A stretch of 64,000 nucleotides of DNA from an uncultured Halanaerobiales bacterium (GTDB lineage: Bacteria > Bacillota > Halanaerobiia > Halanaerobiales > M55B127): assembly GCA_964430875.1 (NCBI GenBank), contig CAYSHP010000002.1:1750-65749 (forward strand), read 5' to 3'. The notes under the pieces were generated by a model. It ran no database searches and was not told where the DNA came from. It worked only from the letters and a program-made list of their open reading frames with translations. Shown here one piece after another: positions 1-8,994 of the stretch; positions within the stretch are counted from its first letter, which is position 1, and the number at the start of each line of letters is the position of its first letter. The position numbers were made by a program, and so were the translations under genes.

Positions 1-942
1 TTCAATGATTTCTATTCCTTTACTAACTGAAGTTCTAAAATGTTCAATTCCCTTTGAAAGATCACATTGATATAAGTAATAAGGTTTAATTCTAATATAT
101 AGAAGTTGTTGTACTAACTTTTTCATAATAGAGGGTTGATCATTAATACCTTTTAGTAATACAGATTGATTACCGACTGGAATACCTGCATAGTTTAATT
201 TTTCAATTGCCTTTTGGACGGTCTCAGTAATTTCTTTTGGGTGGTTAAACTGTAAGTTAAGATAGATCGGATGGTATTTCTTTAACATTTCAACCAGACC
301 ATCAGTGATTCGCTGCGGCATAACCACGGGTGTTCTGGTTCCAATCCTGATAATTTCTACATGTTCAATAGCCCTTAATTTTTTGATAATTTTCTCTAAT
401 TTATCATCAGAGACTAATAATGCATCTCCACCTGAAAGAAGGACATCTCTAATCTTTTCATTATTTTTTATATATTTGACTGACTTATCTATTTGATTCA
501 TTGGCATTGACTTATCAGTTACTCCGGCAAATCTTCTTCTAGTACAGTGACGGCAGTACATTGAACATTGGTCTGTAATTAATAGTAATACCCGGTCAGG
601 ATATCTATGAGTAAGTCCTGGAACCGGAGAATCTACATCTTCATGTAAAGGGTCTTCCATATCAGCATTGCCCATATTAAGTTCTTTAGCGGTGGGGACC
701 GCCTGTTTGCGAATTGGGCAGTCTCTATCACTATAGTCCATCAAAGACGCATAATAGGGTGTTATAGCCATTCTAAGTGTATTTAAAGAAGATTCGATTT
801 CTTTTTTTTCCTCATCATTTATATCAATTACTTTCTGTAAGGTTTCTACATCTGTAATTCTGTTTTTAACCTGCCAGTGCCAATCATTCCATTCTTCTTC
901 TTTTACATCATTCCAAATTTGATACTTTTTATAATTACGCAT
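1..942 (-). CDS. kamA: Lysine 2,3-aminomutase (radical SAM/PLP), N-terminal 314 codons; 3' end lies outside the window
   Basis: Absent from the ORF track because it has no stop codon inside the window. Reverse-strand reading from ATG (942-940) gives MRNYKKYQIWNDVKEEEWNDWHWQVKNRITDVET...PDRVLLLITDQCSMYCRHCT. This is the KamA N-terminus with the CxxxCxxC radical-SAM motif (codons 567->544). A GGAGG SD sits on the minus strand at 953-949, 6 nt before the ATG. Confidence 0.92.
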   Translation of the reverse strand, partial: MRNYKKYQIWNDVKEEEWNDWHWQVKNRITDVETLQKVIDINDEEKKEIESSLNTLRMAITPYYASLMDYSDRDCPIRKQAVPTAKELNMGNADMEDPLHEDVDSPVPGLTHRYPDRVLLLITDQCSMYCRHCTRRRFAGVTDKSMPMNQIDKSVKYIKNNEKIRDVLLSGGDALLVSDDKLEKIIKKLRAIEHVEIIRIGTRTPVVMPQRITDGLVEMLKKYHPIYLNLQFNHPKEITETVQKAIEKLNYAGIPVGNQSVLLKGINDQPSIMKKLVQQLLYIRIKPYYLYQCDLSKGIEHFRTSVSKGIEIIE

Positions 943-991
943 TGTCTACCTCCCATAAAACAAGAATATATTTATACCAATATATTAAATA

Positions 992-1007
992 TGCAATAAT
1001 CATTCCA
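992..1007 (-). promoter_or_regulatory. Sigma-54 (-24/-12) promoter of kamA
   Basis: Minus-strand sequence TGGAATGATTATTGCA matches TGGCAC-N5-TTGCA, with the GG and GC elements at exact consensus spacing. It lies about 50 nt upstream of the kamA ATG, and a sigma-54 activator gene is in the same locus. Confidence 0.7.
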
Positions 1008-1019
1008 GTTCCGTTAGTG

Positions 1020-1048
1020 TTGAAGATAACGGTTGAATATAATATAAT
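1020..1048 (+). promoter_or_regulatory. Sigma-70-type promoter candidate for the racemase gene
   Basis: TTGAAG (1020-1025), 17-nt spacer, TATAAT (1043-1048), about 45 nt upstream of ATG 1092. The AT-rich context raises the chance-match risk. Confidence 0.45.
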
Positions 1049-1091
1049 TAAAATTGTTGTAATCTAAAAAATATAGTTAGGAAGTGATTTA

Positions 1092-2171
1092 ATGAATAAA
1101 ACTCCTCGTGTTAATGTTAATTTGGTTAATATAAAAGAGAATGCTCGTATTTTAAAAGACGAATGTGACAAAAGAGGCATTAATATAACCGGTGTGGTCA
1201 AAGGCAGTGCCGGTGATTTAAGAGTGATAAACTCTGTAGTAAAGGGTGGTATTGAAACTTTAGGTGATTCCAGGATGAAAAATATTATTAAGATGAGGGA
1301 AGCCGGTTTTGAAAATGATATGGTACTTTTAAGATTACCCCGCCTTTCTGAAGTTAAACAGTTAATTAAGTACGTTGATATAAGTTTAAATTCGGAACTT
1401 ATTACTTTAGAAAGTATCGGAAGAGCTGCCAAGAAGAAAGATAAAGTACATAAAGTAATAATTATGGTCGATGTTGGTGACTTAAGAGAAGGAGTCCTTG
1501 TAAAAGACTTTATGGACTTTATGGAAGATGCTTTAGATATTGATGGTATTAAAATAATTGGCTTAGGAACGAATGTTGGTTGTTATGGAGGGGTACTGCC
1601 TACTTATGATAATACTAAGATACTGCTTGATTTAAAGAAAGAAGTAAAAGAAAAATATAATTATGATTTAAAGGTAGTTTCAGGTGGCAATACTGCAACC
1701 ACCATTCTTTTTGACGAAGAACAGTTACCTGAAGGTGTCAATAATCTAAGAGTAGGGGAAGGTTTAATTCAGGGTACAGATATAACCCATCAAAGAGAGA
1801 TACCCTTTTTAAATAGTAATAATATAACCTTGACTGCCGAAATTATTGAGTTAAAAGAAAAGCCCTCTATACCAACGGGCCAGATTGGTCATGATGCCTT
1901 TGGCAATAAGCCGGAATTTGAAGATAAAGGTGTTAGAAAGAGAGCTATTTTAGCAGTAGGGAGACAGGATGTAAAAGTAGAAGGAATGACACCTATGTTA
2001 GAAGGTGTAAAAATAATTGGAGCCAGTAGTGACCACTTATTATGTGATATAACTGACTCCGAAAGAGAACTGCAAATTGGCAGTGAAATTGAGTTTAAAC
2101 TAAACTATGGTGCAATGTTAAAAGCAATGACTTCAGAATATGTTAATAAAAAATATATAAGTTCTGTTTAA
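1092..2171 (+). CDS. PLP-dependent alanine/ornithine/lysine racemase family protein (alanine racemase N-terminal TIM-barrel fold)
   Basis: 359 aa. N-terminal INITGVVKGSAGD resembles the PLP-lysine segment of YhfX/ornithine-racemase-like proteins. It is divergent from kamA. SD AGGAAGTG lies upstream. Substrate cannot be read from the sequence. Confidence 0.7.
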   Translation: MNKTPRVNVNLVNIKENARILKDECDKRGINITGVVKGSAGDLRVINSVVKGGIETLGDSRMKNIIKMREAGFENDMVLLRLPRLSEVKQLIKYVDISLNSELITLESIGRAAKKKDKVHKVIIMVDVGDLREGVLVKDFMDFMEDALDIDGIKIIGLGTNVGCYGGVLPTYDNTKILLDLKKEVKEKYNYDLKVVSGGNTATTILFDEEQLPEGVNNLRVGEGLIQGTDITHQREIPFLNSNNITLTAEIIELKEKPSIPTGQIGHDAFGNKPEFEDKGVRKRAILAVGRQDVKVEGMTPMLEGVKIIGASSDHLLCDITDSERELQIGSEIEFKLNYGAMLKAMTSEYVNKKYISSV

Positions 2172-3769
2172 CTTTCAAATACTAAATCTCCTTTTTTGTA
2201 AACAGATCTGACTTTTAGATTTATTATATCTTCAGACTTTATATTAAAGAGATTTTTATTAAAGGTTATAAAGTCCGCTTTATAACCTTCTTTAATTTTA
2301 CCTTTAATATCTTCCTCAAAGTTTTGATAAGCAGGCCCTGTGGTGTAAAGCTCTCGGGCTTTTTTAATATCGATAATTTCATTAGGATGCCAGCTTTTTT
2401 CCTGAGGTTGGTTCGGCTTTTTCCTTTTAACTGAGGCATAAATACCATATAGAGGATTAATATCTTCAACCGGTGCATCAGAGCTACCAGCTAAATGTAT
2501 TCCCTTTTCTAAGAGACTTCTCATCCTATAAAGACTTTTTGCTCTTCTTTTCCCTAATCTTTTATCAGCCATCTTATAATCTGAACTAATAAAGGTGGGC
2601 TGAATGGAAAGCACAATATTATTTTTCTTTACCCTATCAATCAGCTTGTCATCGAGCATAGAAGCATGTACAATAATCGGTCTTAAGTTTTTATGTGGAT
2701 ACTTTTTATTCATCCTTTCATATATTTTACTTACAATCTCAACTGCTTTAATTCCTATGGCATGGATGGCAGGCTGAAAATCTAGCTGATAAGCACGCTC
2801 AACTAACTCTTCTAACTTTTCTTTGTCAAATAGAAGTTCACCTTTAGTAGTAGTATCATCTGTATAATGTTTTCTTAAAGCAGCCGTCCGGCCCCCTAAG
2901 GAACCGTCAAACATAAATTTAACAGGACCGGTTTTTAAACCTTTAATATCTTTAGTTTGTTCTCTTATCTTTTTATAATAATCAAAATCATCTTTTTTAG
3001 TTACCCTTAGTTGTAGGGTAATATCTAAAGGTATTTCTTTATCATTTGCTAGCTCATAGTAACTTTTAAATATATCTTCCCGATATTTTTTATGTCCTAA
3101 ATCATCGGTATGAATAGAGGTGATACCTCTTTTTAAGAAATCTTTTGCTGAATTTTTTAAAATATTTTTAAATCTTTTTCTTTGTTTTTCTAATACAATA
3201 TCATCGATAATTCCAATTGATTCATCCTGGAGTTCACCAGTTGGGTAACCTTCTTTATCCCTTACTATTTTGCCGCCGGCTGGATCTTTTGTCTCTTTAT
3301 TAATATTAGCTAGTTCAAGTGCTTTAGAATTAACAAAGGCAAGATGTAAGCATCTACGTTTAACTAAAATAGGTATATTTTTAGAAAGTTTATCTAAAAC
3401 ATACCTATCTAATTTTTTTACTCCCCCAAATTGTTCTTCATCCCAGTTAATAACTGTAATCCAGCTATCTTCAGGGGCTTGACCAGCTTTGCTTTTAATC
3501 TTATTATATACCTGCTCAATTGATTCACAATTTTTAAGGTCAATACTATCTTTTAAAAGAGAGTAATAAAAATAGTGAAGGTGTCCGTCATTAAAAGCAG
3601 GTGTTACATATTGATTATTTAAATCGATTACTTCTGAAAGATTCTTATACTTGCCGAGTAAATTTTTAGTCTTACCAGTTTTTTTGATCATTCCATTTTC
3701 AATTAAAAAGGCATCGCTATTTTTTTGGTTAATAAGATTTCCCTTAATAAAAAGTTTTGTATTTGGCAT
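2168..3769 (-). CDS. Amidohydrolase family 3 (YtcJ-like metal-dependent hydrolase)
   Basis: 533 aa. HxH metal motif (FNDGHLHYF) near the N-terminus, HAIG mid-protein and GSSDAPVEDINP near the C-terminus are typical of the amidohydrolase_3 family. Its end overlaps the racemase stop convergently by 4 nt. Confidence 0.75.
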   Translation of the reverse strand: MPNTKLFIKGNLINQKNSDAFLIENGMIKKTGKTKNLLGKYKNLSEVIDLNNQYVTPAFNDGHLHYFYYSLLKDSIDLKNCESIEQVYNKIKSKAGQAPEDSWITVINWDEEQFGGVKKLDRYVLDKLSKNIPILVKRRCLHLAFVNSKALELANINKETKDPAGGKIVRDKEGYPTGELQDESIGIIDDIVLEKQRKRFKNILKNSAKDFLKRGITSIHTDDLGHKKYREDIFKSYYELANDKEIPLDITLQLRVTKKDDFDYYKKIREQTKDIKGLKTGPVKFMFDGSLGGRTAALRKHYTDDTTTKGELLFDKEKLEELVERAYQLDFQPAIHAIGIKAVEIVSKIYERMNKKYPHKNLRPIIVHASMLDDKLIDRVKKNNIVLSIQPTFISSDYKMADKRLGKRRAKSLYRMRSLLEKGIHLAGSSDAPVEDINPLYGIYASVKRKKPNQPQEKSWHPNEIIDIKKARELYTTGPAYQNFEEDIKGKIKEGYKADFITFNKNLFNIKSEDIINLKVRSVYKKGDLVFES

Positions 3770-3926
3770 TTTCTCACCTCAATATATTAACTTCCACAAA
3801 ACAGTTATTTATTCCTTTTTTGCGCAAGAAATTTTTCAATTATGCAAAAAAACTTGCATAAAAAGCAGGTTTAATTTACTATAGATAGAATAAATAAGAT
3901 AAGCGAAAAATATCAGGGGGATAAAT

Positions 3927-5393
3927 ATGGACACAAAATGGATTAATCCTAAAAAAAATTTAAATAATGAAAGTCTCTGTAAGATGTTAAATAATTTAAA
4001 TGAAGGAATTCATGTAGTTAATAATAAAGGTACTACAATTTTATACAATAAAAAGGCTTCTGAAATAGATGGTTTAAAACCAGAAGAAGTAATTGGGAAA
4101 AATTTATTTGAAGTTTTTCCTTCTTTAACTTTAGAAACATCAACTTTAATGAAGACATTAAAAAATGAAGAGAAGTATTTCAACCATAAACAAACCTTTA
4201 TCAATTACCGCGGGAAAAAGATAATTACTATTAATCACACTTTTCCCATTCTCTTTGAAGATGATACTAAAGGTGCAGTTGAAATTTCCAAGGATATAAC
4301 CCAAACCGAAGAATTAGTCGATGATATAACAAATTTAAGAAATAAATTAAAAGACAGTAATAATTCTGAGCCTAAAAAGGAAGTTGATAATAATACCAGT
4401 TATGAATTTGCTGATATCATAGGACAAAACCCTAAATTCAATAGTTCAATAAGTGATGCTATGAAATGTGCTAGAAGTGATTCATCAGTTTTAATATATG
4501 GGGAAACCGGGACCGGTAAAGAATTATTTGCTCAAAGCATTCATAATGCCAGCTGGAGAAAGAACAAAGAATTTATTGCCCAAAACTGTGCGGCCTTACC
4601 GAAGGACCTTTTAGAAGCACTCCTGTTTGGAACTGAAAAAGGTAGTTTCACGGGAGCGAAGAGTAAACCAGGCTTATTTGAAATGGCTGATGGAGGCACT
4701 ATCTTACTTGATGAGATAAATTCCATGGACCTTTCTTTACAGGCCAAACTATTAAGAGTGCTGCAGGATGGTAGAATTAGAAGAATCGGGGGGCAAAAAG
4801 AAAAAGAAGTTGATGTAAGGATTATTACCACCATGAATATGCATCCTGACCAAGCCTTTGAAGAAAACAGGTTAAGAGAAGATTTATATTACCGCTTAAG
4901 TGTAGTATATATCTATCTGCCGCCTTTAAGAGAAAGAAAAGATGATATCATGCTTTTAACCGATAACTTTATTAATCATTATAATCAGAAGTTTGATAAA
5001 AATATTGAAGGCTTAAAACCTAAACTAATAAAGATCTTTAAGGATTACAGCTGGCCCGGTAATGTAAGGGAACTAAAACATGTTATTGAGAGTGCCTATA
5101 ATGTAAAACAGTATGGAGATAAAATTGATATGGGAGACTTACCAGGATATATCATTGAACGGTTAGATCAAAATAGGAATATCAACAGTAAAGACTATAC
5201 TGTAGACCGGAAAGTAAAAAATGGTGAAAAGTTACCGGCCTTAGATCAATATTTAGAAGAAATTGAGTTGAATTTAATAGAAAATGCATTAGAAAAGACA
5301 AATAATAATATAAGTGCTGCAGCTAGAAAATTAGATATATCAAGACAGTCTTTGCAGTATAAATTAAAAAAATATAATTTAAAAGATAACTAG
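3927..5393 (+). CDS. Sigma-54-dependent transcriptional activator (PAS sensor, AAA+ domain, Fis-type HTH)
   Basis: 488 aa. PAS-like N-terminus (GIHVVNNKGTTILYNKKASEIDGLKPEEVIGKNLFEVFP), Walker A GETGTGKE, GAFTGA-loop variant GSFTGA, ESAYNV/ELKHVIE region and C-terminal HTH NISAAARKLDISRQSLQYKLKKY. Confidence 0.9.
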   Translation: MDTKWINPKKNLNNESLCKMLNNLNEGIHVVNNKGTTILYNKKASEIDGLKPEEVIGKNLFEVFPSLTLETSTLMKTLKNEEKYFNHKQTFINYRGKKIITINHTFPILFEDDTKGAVEISKDITQTEELVDDITNLRNKLKDSNNSEPKKEVDNNTSYEFADIIGQNPKFNSSISDAMKCARSDSSVLIYGETGTGKELFAQSIHNASWRKNKEFIAQNCAALPKDLLEALLFGTEKGSFTGAKSKPGLFEMADGGTILLDEINSMDLSLQAKLLRVLQDGRIRRIGGQKEKEVDVRIITTMNMHPDQAFEENRLREDLYYRLSVVYIYLPPLRERKDDIMLLTDNFINHYNQKFDKNIEGLKPKLIKIFKDYSWPGNVRELKHVIESAYNVKQYGDKIDMGDLPGYIIERLDQNRNINSKDYTVDRKVKNGEKLPALDQYLEEIELNLIENALEKTNNNISAAARKLDISRQSLQYKLKKYNLKDN

Positions 5394-5405
5394 GAGTGAA
5401 AATAT

Positions 5406-6329
5406 ATGGATATTACATTAATTTTAGTATTTTTAATTGCCGGCTTTATAATTGGATACTTTAAGCCTTTACCTGATATTTTTTATAGGTTTTCAGGCTA
5501 TATTACAGAAATAGGTTTAATAATCCTACTTGGTTCGATGGGGGCTAGGATTGGGGTTGATGATAAAATCATCAGTAAATTAGGCGTGATTGGCTTTAAA
5601 TCATTTATCCTGGCCTTATTTAGTATTATCGGTAGTGTATTATTATTAAAATTATTTTCTAAGTTTATAAAAAACAACTATCAAAAAGGTAAACCTAAAG
5701 AGCCGCTTGAAGATAATGAATCTGATCATCGGCTTACCTTGATTATTTTAATTTCGATAATAATCGGAATTATTTTGGGTTTAACTGTATTAAAGGATGG
5801 ATATTTACCCATAATCGAGGTAATAACTACTTATGCTTTAGCTGCATTACTCTTTGGAGTAGGAGTAGATATCGGCTTAAATAAAGAGGCTTTTAGAGAA
5901 CTTAAGATTTTAGGGCTTAAAATAATTTTGATTCCTATTTTAATAATAATTGGTACCTTATTAGGTACTTATGTAGCTAGTTTATTTTTAAATATGGTAG
6001 CCATAGATGCTCTGGCAGTCGGGGCAGGTTTCGGCTGGTATAGTTTGTCTGCTGTATTAATAACTAAAATACATAGTGTGGAGTTAGGTTCTATTGCCTT
6101 TCTAACTAATGTGTTTAGAGAACTTATTACAATCATATCACTACCTTTTATTGTGCGCTATATCGGTAAGATACCCGCAATTGGACCCGGAGGAGCTACT
6201 ACAATGGATGTTACCTTACCGATTATTAAAAAAGTAGCCGGTGAAGAAACTGCCATACCTGCTTTTATTAGTGGAGTTGTTCTTTCTACTTTAGTACCAG
6301 TTTTGGTACCATTTATCTTAAGCCTATAA
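5406..6329 (+). CDS. LysO/YbjE-family (DUF340) membrane protein, putative lysine transporter
   Basis: 307 aa, polytopic and hydrophobic. GPGGATTMDVTLPII resembles the conserved DUF340/LysO signature. It starts 13 nt after the activator gene. Transport direction is unknown. Confidence 0.6.
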   Translation: MDITLILVFLIAGFIIGYFKPLPDIFYRFSGYITEIGLIILLGSMGARIGVDDKIISKLGVIGFKSFILALFSIIGSVLLLKLFSKFIKNNYQKGKPKEPLEDNESDHRLTLIILISIIIGIILGLTVLKDGYLPIIEVITTYALAALLFGVGVDIGLNKEAFRELKILGLKIILIPILIIIGTLLGTYVASLFLNMVAIDALAVGAGFGWYSLSAVLITKIHSVELGSIAFLTNVFRELITIISLPFIVRYIGKIPAIGPGGATTMDVTLPIIKKVAGEETAIPAFISGVVLSTLVPVLVPFILSL

Positions 6330-6333
6330 TTAA

Positions 6334-6349
6334 TGGCATAATAATTGCA
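6334..6349 (+). promoter_or_regulatory. Sigma-54 (-24/-12) promoter of the kamDE-kal-kce-kdd operon
   Basis: TGGCATAATAATTGCA is a near-perfect match to TGGCAC-N5-TTGCA. The predicted +1 is near 6360, directly before the AGGGG SD and ATG 6372. Confidence 0.8.
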
Positions 6350-6371
6350 TTTTTTTAAAAAGGGGTAAAAA

Positions 6372-7412
6372 ATGGACTCTAAATTAAGTGAATTAATAAT
6401 AAATAAAAATATTAAAACGGTCTCTATCATTGGACTTGCCAAAAATACAGGCAAGACTGTTACCTTAAATCAGCTTATTGAAGAACTATATTTAAAAGGA
6501 TATAAGTTAGGTCTTTTATCTTATGGCCGGGATGGTGAAAGTATTGATTTAATTACTGGACAGGCCAAGCCACCGGTAAAGGTTTATCCGGGCAACTTTT
6601 TTATTACAGCTGAAAGAGCTCTCAAAGGTTCTCAATTAAAATATAAAAAAATTACAAGTACAGATATTTCTTCTACAATGGGAAATGTTAACCTTTATCA
6701 GTCTTTAAGTGAAGGAGAAGTGCAGCTGGTTGGTATAAATAGATTAAGTCAGTTGATGTATGTTAAAGGTGAGCTGATTAACAGGGTTGACTATCTCTTA
6801 ATTGATGGTGCCCTAGATAGGAGAAGTTCAGCCTTGCCTAAAATAAGTGGTGCTGTAGTTTTATCAACAGGGGCTGTTATCGGCCAAGATATAGAAGATG
6901 TAGTATCTAAAACAAAATATGAGGTAGAAAAACTCAAGTTAAAAACTATTAGTAATAATGATGAACTCATTATTCTTCAGAAGTTTGCTCAAAAAAATGA
7001 AAGCATTTTATGGACTAATGATGACGAAATAATTAGTTTTAAAACCCCTACTTCTCTTTTATTGTTAAAAGAGATAAAAAAATATTTAAAAGAAAATAGA
7101 AGTGAAGTAAAGTACATATTTATCAATGGTGCTTTTACAAATACAATTAGTCGTAAAATTATAGAGTTAAATTTAGACAAACCAACTGTTTTAATCCCAG
7201 ATGCAACCAAAATCTTTTTAGACCAGATGGAGTACAATAAGCTATTAAAAAATAATATTTGGGTGAACGTACTTTACCCTCTTAATTTGATTGCCCTAAC
7301 CATTAACCCCTATAATCCGGAGGGTAAAGATTTAGATGATGATAAATTATTAGATAATATAAAAAACAATTTTAATATTCCTACGTTTAATGTTAAGTCA
7401 AAGGAATATTGA
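6372..7412 (+). CDS. Conserved hypothetical protein with a P-loop-like N-terminus; first gene of the sigma-54 operon (possible aminomutase accessory protein)
   Basis: 346 aa. N-terminal VSIIGLAKNTGKTVTLNQL is a deviant Walker-A-like GKT loop, and LLIDGALDRR could be a Walker-B-like segment. It lies directly upstream of kamD. No family name can be assigned by eye. Confidence 0.5.
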   Translation: MDSKLSELIINKNIKTVSIIGLAKNTGKTVTLNQLIEELYLKGYKLGLLSYGRDGESIDLITGQAKPPVKVYPGNFFITAERALKGSQLKYKKITSTDISSTMGNVNLYQSLSEGEVQLVGINRLSQLMYVKGELINRVDYLLIDGALDRRSSALPKISGAVVLSTGAVIGQDIEDVVSKTKYEVEKLKLKTISNNDELIILQKFAQKNESILWTNDDEIISFKTPTSLLLLKEIKKYLKENRSEVKYIFINGAFTNTISRKIIELNLDKPTVLIPDATKIFLDQMEYNKLLKNNIWVNVLYPLNLIALTINPYNPEGKDLDDDKLLDNIKNNFNIPTFNVKSKEY

Positions 7413-7425
7413 AAGGAGGAGTACC

Positions 7426-8994
7426 TTGGCACTAAAACTAGATTTAGATCAAAAGTTAATTGATCTCTGCAGGAATTATACAGCTGATATTGCAGATGAT
7501 GTGGAAGACAAGATTGCTAAAAATACAACAACTTCAGTTGAAAGAACTGTTTTAAGATTATTAGGAGTAGATGGCGTAGATGAACACGGCATTCCTCTAT
7601 CTAATGTTATTGTAGAAAAGGTACAAAAAGAGGAGGAACTTAACAGGGGTATTTCTTACTGGTTTGGTAATGCACTATTACAAACTAAACTTTCAGTACA
7701 AAAACTAGCACAAGCTGTAGCTAAAGATGAAGTGGGCCTTTTTAAGCTGCCTAAGGCAAGTAATGAAGAGGTTTATGATTATTTATTAAAGTTAGCTAGA
7801 GCCAAAGCTGATGAGATTAAAGATAATGTTAAAATTAGAAAAGAGATGAAAAAAGAACATCCACCTGGACCAAAGCCCTGGCTTTATGTAATTGTGGCTA
7901 CCGGTAATATCTATGAAGATGTAAAACAGGCTAAAGCAGCCGCCCGAGAAGGAGCCGATATTATTGCAGTTATCAGAAGCACGGCCCAAAGTCTCTTGGA
8001 TTATGTACCTTATGGACCCACTACAGAAGGTTTTGGCGGCACCTATGCAACCCAGGCTAACTTTAAAATAATGCGGGAAGCTTTAGATGAAGTTATCAAA
8101 GAAGAGGGCCATTATGTACAGTTAGTTAATTACTGTTCAGGTTTAGCCATGCCTGAAATTGCAGCTATGGGTGCAATTGAAAGGCTGGATATGATGTTAA
8201 ATGATGCCATGTACGGTATACTATTTAGAGATATAAATATGAAGAGGACTTTTGTTGATCAGCATTTTTCTAGAATGATTAATGCCTATGCAGGTGTAAT
8301 AATAAATACGGGTGAAGATAATTATTTAACCACTGCTGATGCTGTAAAAGAAGCCCATACAGTTTTGGCTTCTCAGTTTATCAATGAAGAATTAGGCTTA
8401 AGGACTGGACTGTCTAAAGAACAGCTTGGTTTAGGACATGCCTTTGAGATAAATCCAGAGATTGAAGATAGTTTCTTAATGGAACTTGCACAAGCTCAAA
8501 TGGTAAGACAGATCTTCCCGGATTCACCCTTGAAATATATGCCGCCTACCAAATATATGAATGGTGATATATTTAGAGGCCATTTAATGGATGGAATGTT
8601 TAATATGGCTTCTATAATGACCAATCAAAGTATACAGCTTTTGGGTATGTTAACAGAAGCAATTCATACTCCCTTCTTACAGGATAGGGCCTTAAGTATT
8701 GAAAATGCAAAACATGTATTTAATTCAGCCCGTAATATTAGTGATGAAATTCAGTTTAAACCGGATGGTAAGATCCAAAAAAGGGCCAATCAGGTTTTAG
8801 AAGAAACGGCTGAAATATTAAAAGATATTGCGGACAAAGGGTTAATGAAGTCCTTATCAGAAGGTATCTTTGCTGATATTAAAAGACCAATGGATGGCGG
8901 TAAAGGCTCTGATGGTGTTATTAAAAAATCACCGGATTACTTTAATCCCTTTATAGATATCTTTGCAGAGGAGTTGGATCTAGATGCTAGATAA
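7426..8994 (+). CDS. kamD: D-lysine/beta-lysine 5,6-aminomutase alpha subunit
   Basis: ORF-track frame 7390-8994. I prefer the in-frame TTG at 7426, because AAAGGAGGAG (7412-7421) sits just upstream and ATG 7390 lies inside the preceding gene without an SD. The N-terminus ...TTTSVERTVLRLLGVDGVDEHGIPLSN matches my recollection of KamD from Clostridium sticklandii. Confidence 0.9.
   Translation: MALKLDLDQKLIDLCRNYTADIADDVEDKIAKNTTTSVERTVLRLLGVDGVDEHGIPLSNVIVEKVQKEEELNRGISYWFGNALLQTKLSVQKLAQAVAKDEVGLFKLPKASNEEVYDYLLKLARAKADEIKDNVKIRKEMKKEHPPGPKPWLYVIVATGNIYEDVKQAKAAAREGADIIAVIRSTAQSLLDYVPYGPTTEGFGGTYATQANFKIMREALDEVIKEEGHYVQLVNYCSGLAMPEIAAMGAIERLDMMLNDAMYGILFRDINMKRTFVDQHFSRMINAYAGVIINTGEDNYLTTADAVKEAHTVLASQFINEELGLRTGLSKEQLGLGHAFEINPEIEDSFLMELAQAQMVRQIFPDSPLKYMPPTKYMNGDIFRGHLMDGMFNMASIMTNQSIQLLGMLTEAIHTPFLQDRALSIENAKHVFNSARNISDEIQFKPDGKIQKRANQVLEETAEILKDIADKGLMKSLSEGIFADIKRPMDGGKGSDGVIKKSPDYFNPFIDIFAEELDLDAR

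Noticed and set aside
1064-1432. A 122-aa minus-strand ORF, and similar track entries, lie antisense to strongly supported genes. Examples: 305-496 (+), 2266-2478, 4541-4834, 11693-12082, 23170-23436, 28832-29302, 40967-41335 and 58070-58447.
   Set aside because: Each lies wholly inside a gene with clear family motifs on the opposite strand or in another frame. They have low-complexity, hydrophobic or S/I/L/F/K-rich translations typical of AT-rich antisense frames. They also lack Shine-Dalgarno sequences.
3842-3859. ATGCAAAAAAACTTGCAT upstream of the activator gene looks like a -24/-12 promoter (TGC-N9-TTGCA). It is also a 6-bp inverted repeat, and TTGCGCAA lies nearby at 3820-3827.
   Set aside because: The nearly invariant -24 GG is replaced by GC, so it is not a credible sigma-54 promoter. 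It might be a binding site, but I cannot find related sequences upstream of the two real -24/-12 promoters, so no claim is made.
7390-7425. The ORF track gives long N-terminal extensions for kamD (7390), kal (9645), cobU (19735), cobD (25511), gtrA (33172), feoB (39570), PDO (52357), flavodoxin (53488), argS (54476), pyrG (56172) and ridA (59317).
   Set aside because: In every case the extension overlaps the upstream gene, an SD or a terminator, and lacks its own SD. A downstream in-frame ATG, GTG or TTG has a well-spaced SD and reproduces the family-typical N-terminus.
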